A DNA stretch of 64,000 bases from IMG/VR virus record IMGVR_UViG_3300001102_000006; one strand, written 5' to 3'. The DNA is from a virus. The notes beneath the pieces are model-generated. The model was not told where the DNA came from. It ran no database searches and worked only from the letters and a program-made list of their open reading frames with translations. The position numbers and the translations under genes are program-made. Shown here one piece after another: positions 1-9,383 of this stretch. Numbering within the stretch: position 1 is the first letter of the stretch; every line of letters begins with the position of its first letter.

Positions 1-370
1 GGGGAACTGACTCCATTACCAACAATACCCTACTCTGATGTTCACTACCCGATTGATATGAAAGGGAGAGCAGTTCCGACTGACGGCACTGCGGTTGCGG
101 GTGCGCTTCAAAAAGCTTAAACTGAAAATAAAGGAATATACTATGCAAATAATAACTCGTAAACATTTTGCCCCTCAAACCGACCCGGAAACCGGAGAAG
201 TAAAACTTAAAATTTGGAAAATGTCTATAGAAACAGAAGACCAAAGCCCGTTATCAAATTTTCCATCACCCTATGGAAAATCTGTAGAAAAAGATTCAAA
301 CGGTACCTGACAAAATAAAAGCAAACCGAACAGGGTTGACATAATCTTTTTTATGTAGCATTCTACTATT

Positions 371-2014
371 ATGACCACACAAATTCCAAATCCTGTTGCT
401 CGCAACGAACTCGCGGTACCTTTCCGCGCGTCTACGTTTTTGCATCCCGACTATGTTTACTATGCGCCCGAGTGGGAACGCATTCGTGATGCAGAGATTG
501 GGGAGATCGAGGTAAAGCGCAAGCGGGAAAAATATCTTCCCAAAATGCCTACACACGATAAGCATCAGTATGAAGCTTATTTGCGGCGCGCTGTTTTCTA
601 CAACATGACTTCGCGAACGCTCAATGCGTTGTATGGTACGGTTTTTCGCCGCATGCCAAAGATTTCCGGCATTTCGGGAAAGTTGCGCGACAAAACAAAG
701 CGGATCACAAAAGACTCGATGTCTTTGCATCTCTTGGCCAAAACAATGGTCAAGGAGGTTTTGGCTGTTGGTCGCTTCGGTATGCTGGTTGACGCAAATC
801 CCGATGGCACCGGAGATGCTTACATTGCCCACTACGTTGCGGAAAACATCGTTGATTGGGAAATGGAAGAAATCAATGGATACTGGCAACTTTCCAAAGT
901 AACGCTTCGCGAAATTTATTACGACCGCACAGGACCTTTTTCTCCGTACGACTACAAAACACGCTATCGGGTTTTGATGCTGAACGATGTTGAAGGGGTC
1001 ATGACCTACGAACAGTTTGTATACGAAGACATTGAAGGTTCGGAAATTCCAGACCTCGACAATCTTCCAGATCGCGTTATCACGCCGACTGTTCGCGGAC
1101 AAGCCCTAGATTACATTCCGTTTATGATTGTTGGTCCTTTCACCAACCATCCTGACGTACAGAAGCCACCTATTCTCGACATCGTGACTCTGAACTACGC
1201 GCACTACTATTCATACGCGCAGTTGGAGCACGGACGTTTTTACACCGCCAGCCCAACATACTGGGTTCAGAATGATTCCAACGCGCAAGGCGAGTATCAT
1301 GTTGGTCCGGATACCGTTTGGTTGCTGGACAAAGGTGAACAAGCTGGTATTCTGGAATTCAACGGCAACGGCCTAAAGTTTCTGGAAAGCGCCCTCGCGC
1401 AAAAAGAAGCACAGATTTCCGCCATTGGCGGACGCATGATGCCGGGAACTTCTCGCGGTGCGTCTGAAAGCGACAACTCGTTGCTCATGCAAGAACGTAA
1501 CGAACAAACTCTTTTGTTGAATCTTGCGGACACTTCTGATGAAGGTTTGACGCAAGTTCTACATTGGTGGGCTGACTGGAACAACGCGTCACCGACCGAA
1601 ATTGAGCGCATTACGTTTGAAGTTAACCGAGACTTTTTGGTCAAAGATGCCGGAGCACGCGAGTTTCGTGCAATCCACCAGATGTATGCTGACGGCGTTA
1701 TTCCGGTGGAAGTCGTATACGACTATCTCAAGCGCGCAGATGTTATTCCAGAGTGGATGGAAGAAGAACAATACATTCGTCTGCTCAAGGATACTAAGCA
1801 GTTTCCAAACATGGTTGATGTTTTGGCAAAGATGCAAATGTTCCCGGATGCAAAGAGCTTCCACGAATTCCGCATGGCTCGCGAAGAATTCAATTCCACA
1901 GCCGAAGCTCCACAAAGCAATTCAAATGAACCGAACATGCCCGGTGTTCCGGAGCAGGCTCGCAGCGCGCAGGCGTTGAGTCAGCAGCAACAAGCCTCGG
2001 AGGATGAGGAATGA
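371..2014 (+). CDS. Portal protein (DUF4055-like)
   Basis: 547 aa; N-terminal W..IRDA..GE..VK...EKYLP...Y..YL.RAVFYN pattern typical of DUF4055 siphophage portals; first gene of head module. Confidence 0.85.
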   Translation: MTTQIPNPVARNELAVPFRASTFLHPDYVYYAPEWERIRDAEIGEIEVKRKREKYLPKMPTHDKHQYEAYLRRAVFYNMTSRTLNALYGTVFRRMPKISGISGKLRDKTKRITKDSMSLHLLAKTMVKEVLAVGRFGMLVDANPDGTGDAYIAHYVAENIVDWEMEEINGYWQLSKVTLREIYYDRTGPFSPYDYKTRYRVLMLNDVEGVMTYEQFVYEDIEGSEIPDLDNLPDRVITPTVRGQALDYIPFMIVGPFTNHPDVQKPPILDIVTLNYAHYYSYAQLEHGRFYTASPTYWVQNDSNAQGEYHVGPDTVWLLDKGEQAGILEFNGNGLKFLESALAQKEAQISAIGGRMMPGTSRGASESDNSLLMQERNEQTLLLNLADTSDEGLTQVLHWWADWNNASPTEIERITFEVNRDFLVKDAGAREFRAIHQMYADGVIPVEVVYDYLKRADVIPEWMEEEQYIRLLKDTKQFPNMVDVLAKMQMFPDAKSFHEFRMAREEFNSTAEAPQSNSNEPNMPGVPEQARSAQALSQQQQASEDEE

Positions 2015-2250
2015 TCCTCCGAGAAATCTCTGACAAGATGGATAAGATCATCGATCTACTGGAAGAGCTGACTGGCGATCAACAAACCCGCCCGCAAGTT
2101 CCAGTTATACCAACCATTCCGGTGGCTCCGCCAACGTTTCCTCGGGCAACAACACGTTGCCCACGTTGTCACATGGATTTTTCTGGTATCACTGGGTATG
2201 TTTGCAGCCAGCCTGATTGTCCTACAGGCATGGGACCGGTGATGTCATGA
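2011..2250 (+). CDS. Small hypothetical protein with Cys cluster (CPRC...C...C)
   Basis: ATGA overlap with portal stop, GAGGA RBS. Confidence 0.55.
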   Translation: MILREISDKMDKIIDLLEELTGDQQTRPQVPVIPTIPVAPPTFPRATTRCPRCHMDFSGITGYVCSQPDCPTGMGPVMS

Positions 2251-2456
2251 AGCGCCTTCCGGGAATGCCTGATTTCGCGGATCACGACGAACTCGATCTA
2301 GACGCCCTCGACGCCATGGATGAATATAATCAGGGCATTTTGTCTTTTGACGAACTGAAAGAATTGGTTGGGCCGGAGGCTGCGCAATCTATTCACGTGC
2401 TCGCAAATGGCGATCATGATCCAAACTCATACTTTGACGATCCAGAAAATTATTAA
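2247..2456 (+). CDS. Small acidic hypothetical protein
   Basis: ATGA overlap with previous ORF; start MKRLPG. Confidence 0.5.
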   Translation: MKRLPGMPDFADHDELDLDALDAMDEYNQGILSFDELKELVGPEAAQSIHVLANGDHDPNSYFDDPENY

Positions 2457-2459
2457 AAG

Positions 2460-2512
2460 TGTGACCCGTTTTTTCGCTTGACCTTGACATTTCTTTCAAG
2501 ATCGGGTATCAA
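2460..2512 (+). promoter_or_regulatory. Putative promoter TTGACA-N17-TATCAA with upstream TGTGACCCGTTTT box
   Basis: Closely similar ~50-bp copy at 9237-9290; upstream of scaffold gene. Confidence 0.6.
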
Positions 2513-2653
2513 TACGAACATCAAGAATAATTACGACTTGTCCAAAAACCGACAGATGTGACAATTTGTGATTACCGAGGGGACCCACTCTCACCTGATG
2601 CCGGTGGTATCAGTTCACTCAAACAGGGCGCGGCACGGGGTGCTGTGATTATC

Positions 2654-3460
2654 ATGCCAGCAAAATTGACTTACGATTCACTCGCAGATGTTCCAGATGG
2701 AATTCAGGAGTTTGCGAAAGAGGGCGATGACGGCAAATATGTCGTCGTGGTAGACGGCGCAGAGCGCGTTAAGGAGTTTCGAGAAAAGAACATCGAAATT
2801 TCCAAAGAACGCGACGGACTGAACGCGTCCCTCGCCCAGTACGAACAGGTTACGGGAGTTGCACTCCCCGATCTTGAAGAAGGTAAACTTTCAGACTTTG
2901 CGAAGACGTTGGAAACGCTTCGGGACACAAAGAAGAAAGTTGAAGACGGCAACTTGGTTGAGAATACATCTCTCGAAGAAGCCGCAGCAGCGCGGGTAAC
3001 GGATGTTACCAACAGTTTTAAGACGCAGCTTGCTGAAATTGCGAAAGACCGCGATGCACACAAGACCGCAAAAGAACGTGCGGAACAACGTGCAAACGCG
3101 ATGCAGGTCGAAAACACCGTCCGACTGGCGGCTGCTGACCCTGATATCGCAATGATCGACAAGGCTGTCACGTTTGTTTTGCCGAAGGCACTCCAAACGT
3201 TCCGAGTTGAAGGCGACGGCACAGTTACGCCGAAAACCTCAGATGGCACGGTTATTTACGGCTCCGATGGGGTCACACCGATGTCCATGAAAGAATGGCT
3301 GCTCAAAGAGCGCTCTGAGAACGACTTTTTGTTCCAAGGCTCCAAGGGCGGCGGTGCGAGCGGAAACGCTGACAAAGCTTCGGGTCGCCTGACCCAAGCA
3401 CAGTTGGATGCGATGTCGCCGCAAGAGAAAATGAAGTACGCGCGTAAGCACGGACTGTAA
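2654..3460 (+). CDS. Capsid scaffolding protein
   Basis: Coiled-coil, acidic, between portal and capsid; C-terminal GSKGGGASG and 'MSPQEKMKYAR' tail typical of scaffolds; start taken as MPAKLTY. Confidence 0.7.
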   Translation: MPAKLTYDSLADVPDGIQEFAKEGDDGKYVVVVDGAERVKEFREKNIEISKERDGLNASLAQYEQVTGVALPDLEEGKLSDFAKTLETLRDTKKKVEDGNLVENTSLEEAAAARVTDVTNSFKTQLAEIAKDRDAHKTAKERAEQRANAMQVENTVRLAAADPDIAMIDKAVTFVLPKALQTFRVEGDGTVTPKTSDGTVIYGSDGVTPMSMKEWLLKERSENDFLFQGSKGGGASGNADKASGRLTQAQLDAMSPQEKMKYARKHGL

Positions 3461-3633
3461 CGACTGGCAGGGGCAGTTTCTCTGCCCCCGCTAACCGACT
3501 TTCACGGTGTGAAGGTTTTTAATACCCTTGGCTTTCTCGGGCTGAGTTGAGGGATCGCTTTTTCAGGCTCGGTGAGCCTGCTTCAAAGCCCACCAAATCG
3601 AAGCAAGCAAACCGAAGTTTAGGAGACACGAAA

Positions 3634-4560
3634 GTGATCACTCTTTTCGAAGCATCCAAGCTCAATCCGGGTGAGGTTCTACGGAACACCATCATTGAGC
3701 ACTTCGCTCGTACGAGCGACCTGCTTCGCGCTACCCGTTTTATCAATGTTGACGGCGGCGCGTATGTTTACAACATGGAAGGCTCCCTGCCGGGTGTCGC
3801 ATTCCGTGGTGTTGGTGAAGGTTACACGCCTTCCGCTGGCATCATGAACCCAGAGACTGAGCGTTTGCGCATCTCGGGTGGCGACCTTGACGTGGACCTT
3901 GCAACACTCAAGATGACTTCTGAGGACATTCGTGGTTCCCACGAACTCAAGAAAGTCAAGGCGCTCTCGCTTACCATCGGCTCCAAGATGATCAACGGCG
4001 ACAGCCTTGCTGATCCTCGCGAGTTCGACGGCCTGCGCGCACGTATCGGCGGCGACCAGCTTCTTGATGCGGGCAACACAGACGGCGGTGACCCTCTCAA
4101 GATCACGCACTTGCGTGACCTGATCGACCAAGTGGACGACCCAACCCACCTGCTTATGTCGAAGAAGATGCGTAACCTGCTTTCGGCAGCCGCAACTGAT
4201 CCGGCAATCGGCGGTTACATCACTTACACGCAAGACGAATTTGGTCAGCGTGTTACGCAATTCGACGGCCTTCCAATTGTCGTTGTTGATTATGACGCCA
4301 GCGGCGATCAGATCATTGCGTTTGATGAGACTGGCGCTGGTGGACCGACTGCTACGGCAACGTCGATCTACTGTGTGAACATGTCCGACGAAGGCGTCGT
4401 TGGCCTGCAAAACGGTATCATGGAAGTTCGTGACCTTGGTGAACTCCAAGAACGTCCGGTCATGCGTACTCGCGTCGAATGGCTTGTCGGCATGGCCGTC
4501 ATGCACGGTCGCGCAGCAGCCCGTCTCCGTGGTATCAGCAACGCAGCGGTCATCAAGTGA
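3634..4560 (+). CDS. Major capsid protein (HK97 fold)
   Basis: GTG start after AGGAG; LPGVAFRGVGEGY, FDGLR, RTRVEW...AARL.GI motifs; strongly biased codon usage. Confidence 0.9.
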   Translation: MITLFEASKLNPGEVLRNTIIEHFARTSDLLRATRFINVDGGAYVYNMEGSLPGVAFRGVGEGYTPSAGIMNPETERLRISGGDLDVDLATLKMTSEDIRGSHELKKVKALSLTIGSKMINGDSLADPREFDGLRARIGGDQLLDAGNTDGGDPLKITHLRDLIDQVDDPTHLLMSKKMRNLLSAAATDPAIGGYITYTQDEFGQRVTQFDGLPIVVVDYDASGDQIIAFDETGAGGPTATATSIYCVNMSDEGVVGLQNGIMEVRDLGELQERPVMRTRVEWLVGMAVMHGRAAARLRGISNAAVIK

Positions 4561-4639
4561 TCCTAACTGAGGGGGCCTAGCGCTCCCTCGCAATACCCCC
4601 TCAGAAGGCACAGACCTCTACCTCACAGGAGAATAAGAC

Positions 4640-5131
4640 ATGGCTCGTTCCGCAGTCTACTACACCTACGACAACGACACAGCGTTTGCTGCTCCGGGTT
4701 CTCCGGCGGTAACTGCTTCCGCAGTCGTTGACGCCGCTGCTCTTGCAGGCGGCTCATTCGCAACCGCAACCGGCCTCGACCTTGAGTCGCTTGACAAACT
4801 CGTCAACGCGCGTGAAGGCGAGCAAAAGAATGAACTTGGCGCACAGGGCTACGACATCGCTGTCGTTGTTTCTGACGCAAAGACTTCTGTCGGTGATGAA
4901 GCGTACACGTTCAACGTATATGTCGGCGCAGCAGGCGACGGCAATGGCGGCACGCTCGTCGGTTCTGTCGCAATGGCAGCCGGTGCAGCAACGCCCGGTC
5001 AATACGTTGTGTCCCTTGACGCGGCCACCATCGAAAATCTCGATGCAGACCGCGAAGAAATTGCACTCGAAGTCGTTGCCGCAGGCACCGCACCTTCGGT
5101 CACTTTCTCGGCTTGGCTGAACCTCGGCTAA
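4640..5131 (+). CDS. Minor capsid / head decoration protein
   Basis: Directly after MCP, AGGAG RBS, Ala/Gly-rich beta-type sequence; function from position only. Confidence 0.55.
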   Translation: MARSAVYYTYDNDTAFAAPGSPAVTASAVVDAAALAGGSFATATGLDLESLDKLVNAREGEQKNELGAQGYDIAVVVSDAKTSVGDEAYTFNVYVGAAGDGNGGTLVGSVAMAAGAATPGQYVVSLDAATIENLDADREEIALEVVAAGTAPSVTFSAWLNLG

Positions 5132-5149
5132 TCCGCCGTAAATGAAAAC

Positions 5150-5176
5150 AATAGGGAGCCTTTCGGCTCCCTATTT
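5150..5176 (+). terminator. Stem-loop, probable terminator
   Basis: AATAGGGAGCC-TTTC-GGCTCCCTATT perfect 11-bp stem. Confidence 0.65.
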
Positions 5177-5207
5177 CCCTGACACCTAAAGCCGGAGACT
5201 CCCGACC

Positions 5208-5813
5208 ATGGCTGGCAACAACAATTTCAATGCAAGCAATGTCCAAGTCAAAGTTTATGACAAGGACAAAACCGAATATGCCGTTTCGCGTCCAAACGCA
5301 CGTGAACTGGTAGCAACCGGAAACTATTTCTGGGCCGCAGAAGACATCGGAAAAGATCGTCTTGAAGCCGATGGGCCTGCGAACCCCGCTGCCGAAGTGA
5401 TGACCATCTACGACAAGGATGGTAACGCCCACGAAGCTGCCCGTGCAAATGCACGTGATTTGGTGGCAGGTGGAAATTACACATGGGTTCCGGCGCACGC
5501 GGAAACAGAAACTACGTCTGATGAAGACGAAAAGTCTGATGACGCTGCTGCCCCAACTGATCCAGTTGTGCCCGAGGATGCCCCGGCAGACGAAACACTT
5601 GATCCTGTGAACAGTTCGCTTGTGTCTATTGCACAGCGCGTTGCAGGAAATGACGATGTATCAGCATACCTCAACGGCTTCCCCGTTGAAACGCTTCGTG
5701 ACATGGCGATGCAGCGGTATGGTGAAAAAGTCCATCACCGCGCTTCCAAAGAAAATGTCATCACGAAGATGATTGAACTCGAAGAAGCGAAGCTGGACTC
5801 GCAAGATATTTAA
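5208..5813 (+). CDS. Hypothetical protein with two ~27-aa repeats and acidic linker
   Basis: YDKD....A..RxNAR(E/D)LVA.GNY.W twice; GGAG RBS. Confidence 0.7.
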   Translation: MAGNNNFNASNVQVKVYDKDKTEYAVSRPNARELVATGNYFWAAEDIGKDRLEADGPANPAAEVMTIYDKDGNAHEAARANARDLVAGGNYTWVPAHAETETTSDEDEKSDDAAAPTDPVVPEDAPADETLDPVNSSLVSIAQRVAGNDDVSAYLNGFPVETLRDMAMQRYGEKVHHRASKENVITKMIELEEAKLDSQDI

Positions 5814-5843
5814 TCTTTTTGGCAAGTAATCTAACCCAAAATT

Positions 5844-5878
5844 AAAACAAAAGCACGCATTTGCGTGCTTTTTGTTTT
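5844..5878. terminator. Intrinsic terminator (possibly bidirectional)
   Basis: AAAACAAAAGCACGCA-TT-TGCGTGCTTTTTGTTTT. Confidence 0.75.
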
Positions 5879-5965
5879 ATATAGTGTATTTTAGAAACCG
5901 CATGGGGGTGACTTTTCGTTTTTTGTGTGATATGGTTTTTTCATCCAATAAGCGGAGTCCTTTCA

Positions 5966-6142
5966 ATGGCTTACAAGCGCGTATATGCACCAAGCGGTGA
6001 ACCTTTCGACGTTCCGGAAATCCGGGCGAATGACCTTATTTTGCAAAAAGGTTGGACCCAACAACCCCAACAACCCCAACAACCCCAACAACCCCTCGTC
6101 GCACGAAGGCTGAGTTCGGCACTGCGGAGTAACAATGCCTGA
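5966..6142 (+). CDS. Small hypothetical protein with (QQP)4 tract
   Basis: GGAG RBS before MAYKRV; overlaps next gene start. Confidence 0.6.
   Translation: MAYKRVYAPSGEPFDVPEIRANDLILQKGWTQQPQQPQQPQQPLVARRLSSALRSNNA
6059..6094 (+). repeat. Tandem repeat (CAACAACCC)x4
   Basis: Four perfect 9-bp copies read directly. Confidence 0.95.
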
Positions 6143-6539
6143 ATCTGATAACATGGGTGGTGCTGGACTTGCATTCCTTCTTGCCGAATTTCGTGACCTG
6201 AGAAAGGGCATGGAAAACCGAGATGATTCTTTGCGCGATTCCATCAACGGCGTACGAGGCGATGTAAAAGACCTCGCAATCAGCGTAGACCGCTCACGCG
6301 GTGAAGTTGATGCAATGCGCGGCGACGTAGAAACGGTTAAGACCGATCTACACGCACTGCGCAGTGACGTAGACGATATTCAAAAGACAACGGAAAGCGA
6401 CCGTATCCGGCGTGAGTCTTCTTGGTCTGGTCCGCGCAACCTTATCAAAATTCTTGTTCTACTTGGTACCGCTGCTGCGGCACTTCTCGCTTTGATCAAT
6501 TTTGGTCCAAGCGTAATGCTCCTGTTCGCGGCAGGATAA
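6135..6539 (+). CDS. Coiled-coil protein with C-terminal transmembrane helix
   Basis: Heptad pattern then hydrophobic ILVLLGTAAAALLALI. Confidence 0.65.
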   Translation: MPESDNMGGAGLAFLLAEFRDLRKGMENRDDSLRDSINGVRGDVKDLAISVDRSRGEVDAMRGDVETVKTDLHALRSDVDDIQKTTESDRIRRESSWSGPRNLIKILVLLGTAAAALLALINFGPSVMLLFAAG

Positions 6540-6614
6540 TTCCTGAACTTCCCGGCCTTCATAACACCGACCTCGACTCGGTGAACACTACCCTTTTGTC
6601 AAAAGGAGAGAAGT

Positions 6615-7418
6615 ATGTGCCACGACCCAGACTCGGAAATGAGTCCCAAGGCAGTTCGTCGGCAGCAACGCAAACAGGAAAAGGAAAAGCGACAATTGCG
6701 TCGAAATCCCAAGCCCATTGAGGCCCGCACTGCTACCCAAGGACTTTACATTGACAGCCTTCAAACAAACGAGCTAACGTTTGCAGTCGGCCCAGCGGGG
6801 GTAGGCAAAACATACGTCCCCGCCCGAGTTTTTGGTCAGATGATTTCCACAGGAGAAATCAACAAACTCTATCTCTCACGTCCTCCGGTTGCAAAAGCAA
6901 AGCACCGCATGGGTTTCCTACCGGGAACAGAGGAAGAAAAAACGGCACCATGGGTTGCGCCAATTTATGAAGGACTGAAAGACGCAATGTCGGGTAGCGA
7001 TTTTGACCGCCTCCGACGCGAAAAGAAAATTGAGATTGTTCCATACGAATTTATGCAAGGCCGCACCTTTCGGGACGCCGCTTGGATCGTAGACGAAGCA
7101 GAAAATCTCGATCTGGATGACTTCTACATTACGCTGACGCGTCAAGGTGAAGATTTGCGCGCAGCAATTTGTGGAGACATCAAACAATCTCGTATCAATA
7201 ACAGCGGCTTGAAGACAGTTGTTGATATGGCTAACCATCCCAGCATGGAAGGCATCGGCATTATCGAATTTGACGAAGAAGACGTTGTTCGCTCACGTCA
7301 GGCACGTCAATGGGTAAAGGCTTTCAACCGCATGCCCTTGCCAGATGTGACAAATTGTGGTAAGGGTATTGATGAATTCCAATCGAACCCTCCTGAATTT
7401 CTCCGTCGAGGAAACTGA
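6615..7418 (+). CDS. phoH: PhoH-family ATPase
   Basis: GPAGVGKT Walker A, GFLPG, FMQGRTF, IVDEAEN, LTR, GD..QS, DVVRS motifs. Confidence 0.93.
   Translation: MCHDPDSEMSPKAVRRQQRKQEKEKRQLRRNPKPIEARTATQGLYIDSLQTNELTFAVGPAGVGKTYVPARVFGQMISTGEINKLYLSRPPVAKAKHRMGFLPGTEEEKTAPWVAPIYEGLKDAMSGSDFDRLRREKKIEIVPYEFMQGRTFRDAAWIVDEAENLDLDDFYITLTRQGEDLRAAICGDIKQSRINNSGLKTVVDMANHPSMEGIGIIEFDEEDVVRSRQARQWVKAFNRMPLPDVTNCGKGIDEFQSNPPEFLRRGN
7338..7366 (+). promoter_or_regulatory. Putative internal promoter TTGCCA-N17-TAAGGG with GATGTGACAA box in spacer
   Basis: Spacer matches 15/17 the 17-mer at 2555 and 10843; lies upstream of neck genes. Confidence 0.35.
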
Positions 7419-7966
7419 TGCCTGTATTTGAAGTTGAAGATGGTACCGGCGTAGCCGGTGCCACTTCGTATCTCACTGTTACCGAAGCGGCAGACATTCT
7501 TTCGCTCAATCCCGTAGCCTATGCTGCGTGGATTGGCATTGGTGCTGTTTCGGATCAAGAAAATATCTTGATGTGGGCTTCCCGATACATCGATCAATAC
7601 GTTGATTGGAGCGGTTACAAGACTGACGACGACAGCGGGCTTCGTTGGCCCCGTGATTGTGTTTATGACATGGACGGGATCATGATCGCGAATAACGTGG
7701 TCCCAAATCAAGTCAAGCGTGCTGTGGCACAATTGGCTATTTTCTTGAACTCAAGTCAGGCAGCCAAAACAGGCGGACAATCCGCAGTCTTGCCGGAAGG
7801 CATCAAACGCGTTCAAGCTGACGTTGTTGAGGTTGAGTTCTTCGAAGACGGAAGTGCTGACTCTCGCACAGGTTCCGATCTGCTTCCTGTCAACATGGCT
7901 TTCCTTATTCGTGGTCTTGGCACCATTATTACGGGACGCCAGCGTACAGCACGAGCTATTCGCTAA
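7418..7966 (+). CDS. Head-tail adaptor (DnaT-like/neck family)
   Basis: VEDGTGVAGATSY...EA...W.G.K....Q/SGL.WPR...VP..VK.A.A.LA signature. Confidence 0.8.
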   Translation: MPVFEVEDGTGVAGATSYLTVTEAADILSLNPVAYAAWIGIGAVSDQENILMWASRYIDQYVDWSGYKTDDDSGLRWPRDCVYDMDGIMIANNVVPNQVKRAVAQLAIFLNSSQAAKTGGQSAVLPEGIKRVQADVVEVEFFEDGSADSRTGSDLLPVNMAFLIRGLGTIITGRQRTARAIR

Positions 7967-8343
7967 TGTTTGAAACCCTCCTGAAAAACCAAGTTCAGGG
8001 TGTTATGGACATCCTTGGACAGGAAGATGGCCTTGCGCCAGAGCATACGTATGTACGTACGGACACAAGCGCGTATGATCCGGCGACTGGCACGGTGAAC
8101 AACACTGAAACAACGTACGCCGACATTCCCATGGTACTGGCGCGCTACAAATCCGAAGAAATGGACGGCGAAAAGATTGTTGTCAATGATCAGAAAGCCA
8201 TTGTAGCGGCACTTGATCTTCCTGTAGTCCCTCGCGTCCAAGATCGCATTGTTCTTTCAGACGGACGTAATTTCATGGTCATGGATTTCAAAGGTGTTCC
8301 GGGAGATAGTGTTTGGATTATCCAAATTCGTGAGACCGAGTAA
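7966..8343 (+). CDS. Head closure / head-tail joining protein
   Basis: YDPATG motif, size and position. Confidence 0.7.
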   Translation: MFETLLKNQVQGVMDILGQEDGLAPEHTYVRTDTSAYDPATGTVNNTETTYADIPMVLARYKSEEMDGEKIVVNDQKAIVAALDLPVVPRVQDRIVLSDGRNFMVMDFKGVPGDSVWIIQIRETE

Positions 8344-8819
8344 TGGGGGACGTGGTTGCAAATCCTCTCCAGTTTAATCGTGGATTGGACCTATACGTAA
8401 AGCGGTTTGAACGCCGTTTCAAAAATCGAATGCGCATGCTTGTAAATGAAGGCATGCGTCGAATGCTTCGCCGGACACCTGTTCACACCGGACAGGCGGC
8501 TATGAGTTATGTTGCGTCCGTGGGGCAACCAGCGTCCTCAAGTAATACAGGATTTGCTCCGGTAGAACCCACCAACAAATTGTCATTGGGAGCAGAGACG
8601 CTGCGCCCACGCGCAGAGGCCCGTTCGCGCGCCACAATCGCTACAGTGAATTTTGACGATCCTTTTCAAGTTTATTGGATCACAAACAGTGCCCCACATA
8701 TCGGCGGACTGGAAAATGGGGAACTCCCCGAAGAACCTTTCACGCCGCGCTCGCCGCAAGGTATGTTTGGTGTTACCCTGCAAGAACTTGTGGCACTTTT
8801 AGGAAGAAGCCGACTATGA
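8343..8819 (+). CDS. Neck / tail completion protein (HK97 gp10-like)
   Basis: TPVHTG, ITNSAPHIGGLENG, SPQGMFGVT motifs. Confidence 0.75.
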   Translation: MGDVVANPLQFNRGLDLYVKRFERRFKNRMRMLVNEGMRRMLRRTPVHTGQAAMSYVASVGQPASSSNTGFAPVEPTNKLSLGAETLRPRAEARSRATIATVNFDDPFQVYWITNSAPHIGGLENGELPEEPFTPRSPQGMFGVTLQELVALLGRSRL

Positions 8820-9241
8820 CCCCAAACTTTATCCGGTTTGTAGAGTCTCGTTTTCAAACAGAGTTCTCTGCGCTTTATCCCACAGTCCCGATGTTTTTCT
8901 CTAACGTGCCTGTACCAGACACGGTAGATACATTTGTCTGCCTGCACATCATGGCATCCGAAGATACCATGCCAATCAATATTGGTCATGAAGCAAAGTC
9001 CCGTAATGTGGGACTAATTCAAGTGGATGTATTCACCCCAAAAGATCAAGGAGCAGGAGAAGCATATGAAATCGCTTACGCCAGCGGCAATATATTTAAG
9101 CGTCGTAGTCTTTCTGTCGGAGCCGAAGGATTGGCTGTCTTCAAAGATTCGTCAATCCAAGATCGCGGGGAAATGCGCGGTCGTCACAAACATATGATGC
9201 GAGTGCCATATCGATACGATTTTGCTGATTTCTTTCTGTGA
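8816..9241 (+). CDS. Tail terminator protein
   Basis: RNVGLIQVDVFTPKDQG motif; immediately before tail tube; ATGA overlap. Confidence 0.7.
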   Translation: MTPNFIRFVESRFQTEFSALYPTVPMFFSNVPVPDTVDTFVCLHIMASEDTMPINIGHEAKSRNVGLIQVDVFTPKDQGAGEAYEIAYASGNIFKRRSLSVGAEGLAVFKDSSIQDRGEMRGRHKHMMRVPYRYDFADFFL

Positions 9242-9290
9242 CCCGTTTTGTCGCCTTCCCTTGACTTTTGATCCATAATTGGGTAGGGTT
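9237..9290 (+). promoter_or_regulatory. Putative promoter TTGACT-N17-TAGGGT with TGTGACCCGTTTT box
   Basis: Paralogous to 2460-2512; upstream of tail tube gene. Confidence 0.6.
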
Positions 9291-9383
9291 CCAACACATG
9301 GCGAATTATGTTCGCCGTATCTCTTGAGATAAACTCAGGGCGGCGGGGCCTCCCTTCATAAACCAGATTTAGGAGACCGTCCT

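Noticed and set aside
1-370. Terminase end or genome terminus; ORF 95-310
   Set aside because: AT-rich, no terminase motifs and no terminal repeat visible within the window.
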